DNA from: a virus
Virus record (IMG/VR): IMGVR_UViG_3300028920_002953
Location: 7,848-71,847 of that record
DNA: 64,000 bases
Reading direction: 5' to 3' (one strand)
In this document: positions 1 to 8,823 of the stretch, piece by piece
How the letters are laid out: each line of letters opens with the position of its first letter
How positions within the stretch are numbered: the stretch's first letter is position 1
Position numbers and translations under genes: made by a program
The notes under the pieces: generated by a model
Told to the model about the DNA's origin: nothing
Database searches by the model: none
The model's input: only the letters and a program-made list of their open reading frames with translations

Positions 1-653
1 TTACGATAAATTCAATGTTCAATACGGGCGCTTGTTATTTTACTGATCTCACTGTCAGTGGCACTCTGTCCGGTTCTGTGCGCTTTACAACTTGTGTACT
101 TGGAAGATTGACAAGCTTTGACGGAGGCGCAAAGAACTGCCTGTTAACCGGTGATATAGACTTGACTGGAACCAATGCCAATTATTTTACTGAGTGCGAT
201 ACTTACATGGTAGACGACACGTATAAAACCATCAGTGTTGGCACAAGCAATTTGAACTTGATAAAATGCAGAGGCGCATGGGAGATTGCTGATCTTACAG
301 GCATTCAGCAAATTGCTTGTGATTTAAACGGCCATTTTCATATTGCTGATACGTGTGTCTCTGGTTTGGTTGCTGCTGCTGGCAATATGCGGTTGCGCGA
401 TGACAGTGGCGCTGGTTGCACTGTCATTGATGGCTCCTTGAACGTAAGTAAAATTGGCGAAGGCGTTTGGGCTGATCCAAATGGTTTGTCTGTTATGTCT
501 GATCTGTCTTTTATCAAGGGTATAGAAGGAGGCCGTTGGATTATCTCGGGTGGTCAAATGATATTCTATACAGATGATAATATAACCGAGTTGGCAAGGT
601 TTGACCTAACATACGATGCCAATCAGAATCCAGTTGAAAGAACACGCATATGA
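1..653 (+). CDS. virion structural protein, 5' partial (beta-rich, possibly beta-helix)
   Basis: Frame is open to the window edge upstream of ATG 15; Gly/Thr/Cys-rich beta-strand pattern; first gene of the + strand structural operon. Confidence 0.6.
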   Translation, partial: TINSMFNTGACYFTDLTVSGTLSGSVRFTTCVLGRLTSFDGGAKNCLLTGDIDLTGTNANYFTECDTYMVDDTYKTISVGTSNLNLIKCRGAWEIADLTGIQQIACDLNGHFHIADTCVSGLVAAAGNMRLRDDSGAGCTVIDGSLNVSKIGEGVWADPNGLSVMSDLSFIKGIEGGRWIISGGQMIFYTDDNITELARFDLTYDANQNPVERTRI

Positions 654-808
654 GCGGCCACATTATCACACGAGGTTTTATTGGCGGCACAATGATTACT
701 CGCGGTTATGGTGTAAATTCGTTTACCGCTATTATCATCAGAGAGATACTTAGATTGTACTCTCATATCAAACAAACCTTAACCATTGAGAGCCGATTAT
801 GGCAGTAG
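650..808 (+). CDS. small hypothetical protein (52 aa, MSGHIITRGFIGG...), not in ORF track
   Basis: ATG overlaps the previous stop (ATGA at 650-653); fills the gap exactly; ITRG repeated twice. Confidence 0.65.
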   Translation: MSGHIITRGFIGGTMITRGYGVNSFTAIIIREILRLYSHIKQTLTIESRLWQ

Positions 809-972
809 AATTACTGGCATTGGAGAGCTTCATAACTACCGGCATTGATTTAGTTTCTGACCCTGTGGAAACTATTGATTTAGTGTCACAACCCATATAT
901 AATGTAGCACTCGAAAGCTACTATGATAATACAATCGCAGTAGAATCTCGCATTTATTTGGAGGAAATTTAG
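799..972 (+). CDS. small hypothetical protein (57 aa, MAVELLALESF...), not in ORF track
   Basis: Overlaps the previous ORF, ends 1 nt before the next ATG, 10-residue internal periodicity. Confidence 0.65.
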   Translation: MAVELLALESFITTGIDLVSDPVETIDLVSQPIYNVALESYYDNTIAVESRIYLEEI

Positions 973-973
973 C

Positions 974-1258
974 ATGATACCTTATGTTTTTCTCAACGAT
1001 ATTGGCACCTTAATCCGAGTGGATGTGGGATCAGATGTTACTGGAGCTACGATCAAGCAGATCAAATACATAAAACCTGATGGTGATTCTGGCAATTGGG
1101 ATGCTACGGTTAACGGTCAATATCTTGAATATACCACCGTGGATGGTGATTTAGATCAAGAGGGGGAATGGATAGTACAGGCCAAAGTGGCAGTGACAGG
1201 TGGTACATGGCACGGAGAAATCACACGGTTTGAAGTTCAAAAACCCATTTTTGCGTAA
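974..1258 (+). CDS. BppU N-terminal-like Ig-fold virion protein
   Basis: Pattern DIGT...KPDG...YTTVDGDLDQEGEW..QAKV typical of BppU_N-like domains; GGAGG RBS upstream. Confidence 0.6.
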   Translation: MIPYVFLNDIGTLIRVDVGSDVTGATIKQIKYIKPDGDSGNWDATVNGQYLEYTTVDGDLDQEGEWIVQAKVAVTGGTWHGEITRFEVQKPIFA

Positions 1259-1267
1259 GGAGATAAG

Positions 1268-1984
1268 ATGAGTACCTATGCTTCCAACAGTGAAATCAAG
1301 TTTGACACTGGCCGAGCGATCACCACCTTATTAGATGAGGAACTCTCTGCAAACGAGCAGCAAAACGTGATCCGTGTTGCTCGTGAAAGGGCATACAATC
1401 GCATCAATGCCAAGTTGCGTGGCAAGACCGCTATTCCGGCATTTCACGTACCGTCTTTAAAACAAGTGGAGATTGATTATGTTATCTCCGATCTTGTAAC
1501 TGGTGCATATACTTTGGAGGTTGTCAACCAAAGTGAATGGGCTGAAAAGTACATGGAACGTGCCGATGAGGTTTTAGCCACGTTGGTATTTGAAGCAAGT
1601 GCCGAAAGGCCGGTTGCTGACCGTTCTAACGTGGGTGATGGCACACTCAAAATCATTGATGTTTTCTCAGAGTATGCCAAAACAGAAGTTTGGACATTTA
1701 CTGCAACAAGCTCCACTGAATTTAGCGTGTATGGCAGTGTGTCCGGCGCATTCCCTGCCTTGACCGTAGACACTGAATATCCTGAGAGGGAATGGGCAAC
1801 TGGTATAGGCAATGATTATGGACTGCAGCTACAAGCTTACCCTGCACCCGGAAGAACACCGTTTAGCTGTAAGATCAACGAAGGGAATACGCCTTTTGAA
1901 AAGTACGATGTCTTTACGGTGAAAATCTTTGCCTCTGAGGAAAGTCGCCAAAACATCAGTAGTGGAAAACTTGTGAGGGCATAA
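1268..1984 (+). CDS. head-tail adaptor-like protein with C-terminal extension
   Basis: Helical N-terminal ~110 aa (YAS..EI...RAYNRINAKLRG...P..LKQ) like connector proteins; operon position; AAGGAG RBS. Confidence 0.55.
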   Translation: MSTYASNSEIKFDTGRAITTLLDEELSANEQQNVIRVARERAYNRINAKLRGKTAIPAFHVPSLKQVEIDYVISDLVTGAYTLEVVNQSEWAEKYMERADEVLATLVFEASAERPVADRSNVGDGTLKIIDVFSEYAKTEVWTFTATSSTEFSVYGSVSGAFPALTVDTEYPEREWATGIGNDYGLQLQAYPAPGRTPFSCKINEGNTPFEKYDVFTVKIFASEESRQNISSGKLVRA

Positions 1985-2610
1985 TGGCAATCCAATTATT
2001 TGCACAATTAGCCGCTGGTGGTTCTGTACTCCGAAGGGTGGCTTCACGGGAAAACGCAGAATTACGCCGAGAGACATTAAGGGCAGCTATGGAGGATTCT
2101 TTGCAGATTATCTTGCAAAGTACCCTTATGGGTTATGTTAAGCGCCAAGCACCAGATGGCACTCCCTGGCGGCCGAATGCAGCATGGTATTCGGAGATGA
2201 AAGGTGGGGGTTCACCGAATGTTGGGCCAATTTCCAAGAACATCCAAGGTGGTCCGCTTGCCGGAACATATGAGTTTTCACAGGTGAATCGTAAACGCAT
2301 GATGCATTCCTTGATGAAAACCAACAATGTTACCAGTGGTGTTGTGCAGTATGAACAAGCGGCTCGACAACGTGCAGCATTAACCCAAAATGGAGGTTCA
2401 TCAGAAATACGATTGGTGCGTAAAGCTGGTGTGGGTCCTGGTCCGGGTCAAGATTTGGTTTTTAATGTTCAGAGTATTGAAAGACCGCACCTTGGCGTTG
2501 CCACGTATCCAAGAATTGGAAGCAGAACTGATGCACAATGGATTGAGCATTATTTTGGGGAAGAGGTCGAAACGCAACTTCGAGACACACTTGGTTATAC
2601 CGGAGAATAA
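1984..2610 (+). CDS. virion morphogenesis / tail completion protein (Mu gpG/Phage_tail_S-like)
   Basis: RQAPDGTPWRP motif and C-terminal RPHLG motif; TAATG translational coupling. Confidence 0.65.
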   Translation: MAIQLFAQLAAGGSVLRRVASRENAELRRETLRAAMEDSLQIILQSTLMGYVKRQAPDGTPWRPNAAWYSEMKGGGSPNVGPISKNIQGGPLAGTYEFSQVNRKRMMHSLMKTNNVTSGVVQYEQAARQRAALTQNGGSSEIRLVRKAGVGPGPGQDLVFNVQSIERPHLGVATYPRIGSRTDAQWIEHYFGEEVETQLRDTLGYTGE

Positions 2611-2613
2611 CAA

Positions 2614-3441
2614 ATGTCATTCAAAACAGTTTATAATGCCGTTTATGATCAGTTGCTCGCAGATACAACCCTTATCAGTTATGTTAAGGCCAGTGATTTT
2701 GTTAGGGGTTTCAAGGAAGTATTACCTGCGAAAAAATATATGATTATCTTTGAACCCGGACAGGAAACAGAAGTCACAAAACGGCAGGATGTGCAACAGG
2801 TTCTCGAAATCCAATATGAAATTCAGTTATACTGCCGATTGCTTTTAACTTCCAGTAAAGTAGAATCTGCCATTCTCGGTAATACAAGCAATAAAGGCTT
2901 GTTAGATTTTGTTGACGATGTAAAGGCAGCTATTAGGAAGGACATGAGTTTTTCCTATAATAACTTTGGACGGTCACTATCGGGGGAGAACGCCGCTGCT
3001 TCATTCGATCTGACCAGTTCAAACCGGTATCTAACCGTGAGTATTGATGGCAATACACCAACGGGATATGATGCCATTGACTGTGGTTCATCCACATTGG
3101 CCGGTGCGGACGTGGCAGTTAACATCCAAAATGCTTTGAGAGCATTGGGGAGGTATGCCGGTGACGGCTATTACGAAGCGACCTGCACCTTTAACTCGGT
3201 GAACAACCAGTTTACCATTAACTCAGAAAACATTGGCCCAAAGGCGACAGTAGAGGTAAGTGCTGGTGCCACTGATGATGCTTCGACGGTGCTTGGTTTT
3301 GATACACCAACGGAGTACAGTGGCACTAACATTATCAGAACGCAAATCGAATCGGTTACAGTGGAAAACTCAGCCTTTCCAGTTAGGTATCGCATGCTTC
3401 CACTATTAGTGACCGAAGAAACTCTTATAGGAGGACAATAA
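2614..3441 (+). CDS. tail terminator-like protein with an inserted beta domain
   Basis: N-terminus (VYNAVYDQLLADTTL...) and position just before the tail tube gene. Confidence 0.5.
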   Translation: MSFKTVYNAVYDQLLADTTLISYVKASDFVRGFKEVLPAKKYMIIFEPGQETEVTKRQDVQQVLEIQYEIQLYCRLLLTSSKVESAILGNTSNKGLLDFVDDVKAAIRKDMSFSYNNFGRSLSGENAAASFDLTSSNRYLTVSIDGNTPTGYDAIDCGSSTLAGADVAVNIQNALRALGRYAGDGYYEATCTFNSVNNQFTINSENIGPKATVEVSAGATDDASTVLGFDTPTEYSGTNIIRTQIESVTVENSAFPVRYRMLPLLVTEETLIGGQ

Positions 3442-3443
3442 AT

Positions 3444-4478
3444 ATGGGTAGAAAAACTGGTGCAAATGCAAGTGTCCAAATCGAACTCGGGAGCGTGTCT
3501 TATCCGATGGCAGCATTGTCTTCGGTAAGCTCTCCTGCGTCTGAGGTAAACAAGAAGTTTCTTACTCAGGCTGAATACATCTCTGACCTTGCCGGTATCC
3601 AAGCCGAGGTGAGACTGGATGGTGTTATTTCCGGTTTCGCCTTAACTCCGGGGTCCGGTTTCAATGAAGTGGACTATTCCGCTGGTTCCCTGTATATCAA
3701 GGGTCAACTGGTTGAAGTTGAAGCAGGAACCATTTCCAACATTACACGGCCGACCAGTGTGGGTGAAGTACTTGTAACCGCATTGACCGTGAATGCGTCC
3801 GGTACGGTAAGTGCGACGCCCAATACCGAAGGTGCCACAAGTACGACCCGTGGTTCTGCTGGTGGGCCTCCGTTCTTGCCGGTGGATGAAGTGCTTATTG
3901 GCTATATTACCGCCACGTACTACGAAGGTTCTGCCTCCGGTGAAAAAGTGCTTACCGTTGGTGAAATCGACTCCTACACCAAAGAGTATGCGGCCATTCC
4001 TTCCGCCAAAGTCATTTTCCATGATGAGGATCAGGATTATGGTTGTATCGAACTGGCAAATGTACTTCCGGAGATTCATGCTGCAACTGCTGCCGGTCCC
4101 GGCACCGCTGTTCGCAATGTCTATGCGTCTTACTACGAGCCGGAATTTGAGGAAGTGCCGGACGCAAAAGACTTCTCCTTTGACGAGGATGTGTCCACTT
4201 ACAAATCCAAGGCATACAAGGATGCTTCCGAGGAAACCGCACTTGGCACACCTTCGTGGTCTGGTTCCTTTGATGCGTACTTTTCCACTGTTGAGGATAT
4301 CCTCAACTTGGTTAAAAACAGCAAGCGTTGGGTAAAACACTTCCCCGATGCTGACCTGACGCCTCATTGGTCGGGCATGTGTATTGTCAAGGTGTCTCGT
4401 GAAACACCGGTTGAAAATAACATGATGGCGAGCGTTACCCTTGAAGGATCGGGTAAACTCTATCCGAAATCTGCGTAA
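3444..4478 (+). CDS. major tail tube protein (siphoviral, TP901-1-like C-terminal part)
   Basis: C-terminal DFSFDEDVSTY...SWSGSFDAYF...WSG...SVTLEGSGKL pattern of tail-tube folds; strong RBS; precedes chaperones and TMP. Confidence 0.75.
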   Translation: MGRKTGANASVQIELGSVSYPMAALSSVSSPASEVNKKFLTQAEYISDLAGIQAEVRLDGVISGFALTPGSGFNEVDYSAGSLYIKGQLVEVEAGTISNITRPTSVGEVLVTALTVNASGTVSATPNTEGATSTTRGSAGGPPFLPVDEVLIGYITATYYEGSASGEKVLTVGEIDSYTKEYAAIPSAKVIFHDEDQDYGCIELANVLPEIHAATAAGPGTAVRNVYASYYEPEFEEVPDAKDFSFDEDVSTYKSKAYKDASEETALGTPSWSGSFDAYFSTVEDILNLVKNSKRWVKHFPDADLTPHWSGMCIVKVSRETPVENNMMASVTLEGSGKLYPKSA

Positions 4479-4494
4479 GGAGGACTATTAGATA

Positions 4495-4947
4495 ATGGGC
4501 GAAGGTAAGAAAATTCTCGACAAGAAAGTTCTTCGGGACAATCTTGTCGAGAGGGCAGAGAAAGAAATTGAGGTTCCTGAATTGAATGCGTTGATGGGTC
4601 TTGACGACGGTGAAATGGCTGTCGTCAAGATTCGTCAATTAGACTTGGATGAATACTTGGGCTGTCAAATGATGCAGGAAGATCAAATGCGTAATTTGAT
4701 AGAGGGCGTAATTACTGCCGCAGAAAAACGTGGAGAAGTTGAAGAGGAGATCTTAGCGGCATACAAAGGGTTGTCACCACAGGCACAGTATTATATTGAC
4801 CTTTGTATAAAAGGCACTATTGAACCAATCATGCAGCGGAATCATTGGGTGTTTATGGCAAAGCGCTTCCCATTGGTTATTGAACGCATTGCATCGGAAA
4901 TAATTTTACTGACCAAAGGTGGCGCTGATTTAAAAAAAAATTCTTGA
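4495..4947 (+). CDS. tail assembly chaperone (gpG-like)
   Basis: Between tail tube and tape measure; ends in slippery T TTA AAA AAA AAT. Confidence 0.8.
   Translation: MGEGKKILDKKVLRDNLVERAEKEIEVPELNALMGLDDGEMAVVKIRQLDLDEYLGCQMMQEDQMRNLIEGVITAAEKRGEVEEEILAAYKGLSPQAQYYIDLCIKGTIEPIMQRNHWVFMAKRFPLVIERIASEIILLTKGGADLKKNS
4929..4941 (+). other. programmed -1 ribosomal frameshift site
   Basis: X XXY YYZ heptamer T TTA AAA (4929-4935) in the chaperone frame followed by an A run; the -1 frame is open into ORF 4944-5207. Confidence 0.8.
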
Positions 4948-5207
4948 AAATGGCACATGATGAAATGTTGTGGCTTTTGTTTCAATTATGTGATGATAAG
5001 GATAGATTCGTATATGAAATTACGCCGATGTTTGGTAAAATTTTGACCATTGAAGAAATGGAATACTGGATTGTCTACAACATTATTCAAAGGGCCAAGG
5101 TAAACGAAGTAGAGTATCAAGCGTTACCAATGACTGAAGTTATCCGCTTATGTGACGAGGCAGAGAGCAAAAAGAGGGCAAAGTATGCGAAAAGTACCGC
5201 TAAGTAA
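4944..5207 (+). CDS. frameshift extension of the tail assembly chaperone (gpT-like)
   Basis: In the -1 frame relative to 4495-4947 with no intervening stop; no clear RBS of its own. Confidence 0.75.
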   Translation: MKMAHDEMLWLLFQLCDDKDRFVYEITPMFGKILTIEEMEYWIVYNIIQRAKVNEVEYQALPMTEVIRLCDEAESKKRAKYAKSTAK

Positions 5208-5652
5208 TAAACGTCTTATGGCTTATGCCAAGGGTTTTAAAAAAGAAGAGGATGTGGAGTTTCCGGAGTTGACCGGTAAAATGGGTTTTTCGGATGATGT
5301 TACCCCTGTTTTAAAAATCAAAGCTGCGAGTCTCGATGATCAATTACGGGCTAATACTATTGCTGAACGTGCCTCTATTATGGGTATTCAAATTTTTGAG
5401 GCTATGCAATCTGGTAATTTCAAAAAGTTCACCAGTATAGATGAATTAAACAAAGAACTTAGAGAGCCGACCAATCAGAAGACTTATTTGGAAGTTTCTT
5501 TGTTTCATCGATGTGTTGTCAAGCCCAAATTTACAATGCGCGAGGCTTTTTTGATATCGGCAGCTCTACCGGAAGTTGTTAACAGGGTGGCAGCACAAGC
5601 TTTGTTAATGTCTTCATTGGAGAATGTAGATGCCAATTCAGAAGGAAGTTAA
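5185..5652 (+). CDS. second, paralogous tail assembly chaperone-like protein
   Basis: Aligns by eye along its whole length to 4495-4947 (DVEFPELTGKMGFSDD..VLKIK..LDD vs EIEVPELNALMGLDDG..VVKIR..LDE); ATG 5185 has a GAGGG RBS. Confidence 0.65.
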   Translation: MRKVPLSNKRLMAYAKGFKKEEDVEFPELTGKMGFSDDVTPVLKIKAASLDDQLRANTIAERASIMGIQIFEAMQSGNFKKFTSIDELNKELREPTNQKTYLEVSLFHRCVVKPKFTMREAFLISAALPEVVNRVAAQALLMSSLENVDANSEGS

Positions 5653-8380
5653 AGTTGTAATATCTGCTGTCGACCAGTATTCCGCAGGGATGTTGGGGTT
5701 TGGTGGTCAAGCTTTAAAAATAATAGGTTGGGTTGAGGCCATTGCTGCTGCAATGGTCGCCGCTTCTATAGTTGCGGGTAAATTTGCTGCTGATCTTGGT
5801 CAAAATATTTGGAAATCTGCAACGGACTTTCACGATGCGATATATAACGTTGAAGCTGTTGCACAGTCTTTTGGTACGACAGGCCAAGAGATTAGTGATA
5901 TTCTTGACGACCTCACGCAAAAGTTTCCTGTTACCGGAAAACAAGCTGGCGAATCTATGCAGTTGATTGCGCAATTGGGTTATGGTAGTGCCGAAGAATT
6001 GCGTAATATGTCTGAGGCAGCAAATACACTCGCCATTGCCACTGGTACAAATTTACAAACTGGTGTAATGGGAACATTGGCGATTCTTAACTCATTCAAC
6101 CTTGAATCATCCGAAGCAACAAGAATTATTAACTTGCTTGCTGCTGCCTCATTCTCCTCTGCTGCCAATGTTGAGGATCTTGGTATTGCCTTGCGTTATG
6201 CTGCTCCAATTGCTTCATTGATGGGTGTATCCGTTGAAGAAACGGTTGCTGCATTGGCAGTTCTCCGTGATCGTGGTTTGGAGGCAAGTCAGACCGGTAC
6301 AACTCTGCGTATGGCGCTTATTCAACTTGGTAAGGAGACCAAAGCAAAGGCAGAAGTCCTTAGACAATATGGATTGACATTCAAAGAGGTCAACCCTGAG
6401 GTGGTTGGTTTAACCGGTGTTGTCGAGGCGTTTAACGGCCAAATGCTTAAGGGTTCTGATGCTGCAGTCCTATTCGGTACTCGTTCTGTTGCAATGGCGA
6501 ACATTATTAACATGGGTGCTGATTCTTGGAATAATTATCGTTCATCTATAACCGGCACCAATGCAGCATATGATGCCATGGAGAAAAAGCTTGAAACGTG
6601 GACTGTTGTACAGAAAAACGTCATTGGCAACTTAGACCTATTTGCAAAGACCATAGGTGGCGACACCATAGCCAGTATTTTGCACATGATTGGCACAACC
6701 GAGGATGAAGGGTTGCGTGGCGTAATTAACTACCTTACCAAGCTTGAGGAACGCACAGGCACGTTGAATGAAGCATTCGTAGGGCCGATTCAGTACGCCA
6801 TGAACTTAGTCAAGGAAATATTCGACGAGCAGTTTGATAATCGGTTGACTAATGTTTATGACTTTATGGGCATGATCGCGCTGGCCTTGTCTGAAAACCT
6901 TAAGCTCCTTATGGATTGGGGTAGTTTCTTTGGTATCGTTGCGGGTGATATGGTCAACGAAATGGAAGACATCCAAAATGGTTTGAAGTTGATAAACATT
7001 GCTTTTGGATTGGTGGCAGGGCCGCTTGCTCTTGTGCATGATACTTTTGCACTTTTTGTCAATACTTTTAATGGTGCTATCGCCATTATCAAGGCTGATC
7101 TTATTCGTCTAAAAATTGCATGGAAAGATATCCAAATAGCCATTGCCTCTGTGATCGGTATGATTCCTGGATGGAGCGATTCGATGGAAGACTTTATCGC
7201 TCAAGCAGAAGAAAAAATTAAGGAGTACAAAGGGGAAATTGTTGCTGTTAAAAATGAATGGGAGGATAACGAATACATAGATTTTGTTCTCGATGATGTT
7301 GTTAGAATGATTGATCAGATGAACGAAAAAATCAACAACTTGGAAGCGCCCACACCTGCATTAGATACTTTTTGGCCTGAAGAAACCGTTGCCAAGGTAG
7401 AAGACGATCTTGCCAAGATAGCTGAGGGTTTTCAGGTATTGGATGACGAAACATTAGCATATGCCGATACTCTTAATACAGAACTTGCATCACCTATAGC
7501 AGTGCATAAAGAGGCAATGAAGGACTTTGGTACGCTTGTTAAAGAAATGGGTGATGACACTAAAAATTATTTCAGTCAATTTTCTAACATTGCTAATGAT
7601 ACGGGTATTACCGGTCTTAATACAGAATTGGAAAAGCAAAGAGACATCATAACTGAAGTAGACACCCAATTTATGTATTATGGTATGGGTTTGGAAAAGG
7701 TTGGTGATGCGGCCGAAGAACTTGAAACCAAAATCAAAGATATTCGTGCTCCCGGTGACTTGATTTTCAACACTATTACCGGCGAAGCCATTCTTATGAG
7801 TGGTGCTATTAACGAGGGTCTTGAGGAGATTAAAGTATTAGACAAGACCATTGATGAAATGTCAGATCGTGAGTTTAAGATTCATACGGAACAACTGCAA
7901 CATAATCTTAAGATGGCGGAAGACGACGCCAAACGCACCCATGAAATTATTAAGCAAAAGGTTGAATGGAAGGCCAAACTTGATATTGCTCAGGTAGAGG
8001 CAAATGCAGAAGTGCTTAAAGCGGCATTTGAAGGTGTTGGAAAGTCTGTTGAGGCGACAGCAAGTGCTGCTGGCACCATGTTTGATAAACTGCTCGATTT
8101 CCAAGGTTCAATGAGCGACAAGTGGTTGTATCAAGAAATTCTACAAGAACAGATGGCCTTACAGAAGCAAGCACTTGATCAACAAAAAGCACTTAATGAT
8201 GCCGAGATTGCATTTTTAAAGGCCAAAACCGAATTGCTTAAAACTGAGGATGCGGCTAATTTAATACAGGTGCAAGTGGTGGGTGAGACGGAACCTTGGC
8301 TCAAAGGTTTGTTGGAATCATTGTTTAAAGAACTGCTTATCAAGGCAGCAAACGAGCCCTTTAAAGTGTTTGGAGCTTAA
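5630..8380 (+). CDS. tail tape measure protein
   Basis: 916 aa, helical and Ala/Gly-rich; TP901-family core (LRYAAPIASLMGVSVEETVAALAVL.DRG.EASQTGTTLR). Confidence 0.92.
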   Translation: MPIQKEVKVVISAVDQYSAGMLGFGGQALKIIGWVEAIAAAMVAASIVAGKFAADLGQNIWKSATDFHDAIYNVEAVAQSFGTTGQEISDILDDLTQKFPVTGKQAGESMQLIAQLGYGSAEELRNMSEAANTLAIATGTNLQTGVMGTLAILNSFNLESSEATRIINLLAAASFSSAANVEDLGIALRYAAPIASLMGVSVEETVAALAVLRDRGLEASQTGTTLRMALIQLGKETKAKAEVLRQYGLTFKEVNPEVVGLTGVVEAFNGQMLKGSDAAVLFGTRSVAMANIINMGADSWNNYRSSITGTNAAYDAMEKKLETWTVVQKNVIGNLDLFAKTIGGDTIASILHMIGTTEDEGLRGVINYLTKLEERTGTLNEAFVGPIQYAMNLVKEIFDEQFDNRLTNVYDFMGMIALALSENLKLLMDWGSFFGIVAGDMVNEMEDIQNGLKLINIAFGLVAGPLALVHDTFALFVNTFNGAIAIIKADLIRLKIAWKDIQIAIASVIGMIPGWSDSMEDFIAQAEEKIKEYKGEIVAVKNEWEDNEYIDFVLDDVVRMIDQMNEKINNLEAPTPALDTFWPEETVAKVEDDLAKIAEGFQVLDDETLAYADTLNTELASPIAVHKEAMKDFGTLVKEMGDDTKNYFSQFSNIANDTGITGLNTELEKQRDIITEVDTQFMYYGMGLEKVGDAAEELETKIKDIRAPGDLIFNTITGEAILMSGAINEGLEEIKVLDKTIDEMSDREFKIHTEQLQHNLKMAEDDAKRTHEIIKQKVEWKAKLDIAQVEANAEVLKAAFEGVGKSVEATASAAGTMFDKLLDFQGSMSDKWLYQEILQEQMALQKQALDQQKALNDAEIAFLKAKTELLKTEDAANLIQVQVVGETEPWLKGLLESLFKELLIKAANEPFKVFGA

Positions 8381-8382
8381 CT

Positions 8383-8823
8383 ATGTTGGCAGCTATTTTA
8401 TGTACCAAACAACGTGTCAGTGGTGAGTCGTCTATTCAATTTATGATTGATGAAAATGACTACTCAGATTCTGCTTCGAGACAGATCACCAAAGTTGATA
8501 CCCTTAATGGTAATGTAATCACTACCGATTGGGGTTTTGCTGAAGGAAGGAGGGAGATCAGGATCATCACTTGGCTGACTCTCGATGAATATGAAACTCT
8601 TATTTCCTTCAAAGAGGATAATGATTCAACATTCATTTATTGCTATCTCACTTCAATATGGAGAGTTATCATTCGATCTGCTTCTGGTTCTCCAGATGGA
8701 GAGAAGATCAAGACATCAATTCAATTATCAGTAGTCGAAAAACTACTGGGAGATGGTGATTATCAATTCACTTCATCCTCATCCTCGAGTACTTCCTCAT
8801 CCTCATCCTCGAGTTCAGCATAA
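8383..8823 (+). CDS. distal tail (Dit-like) protein with C-terminal poly-Ser tail
   Basis: Follows TMP; RQITKVDTLNG..ITTDWGF motif; ends in SSSSSSTSSSSSSSSA. Confidence 0.55.
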   Translation: MLAAILCTKQRVSGESSIQFMIDENDYSDSASRQITKVDTLNGNVITTDWGFAEGRREIRIITWLTLDEYETLISFKEDNDSTFIYCYLTSIWRVIIRSASGSPDGEKIKTSIQLSVVEKLLGDGDYQFTSSSSSSTSSSSSSSSA

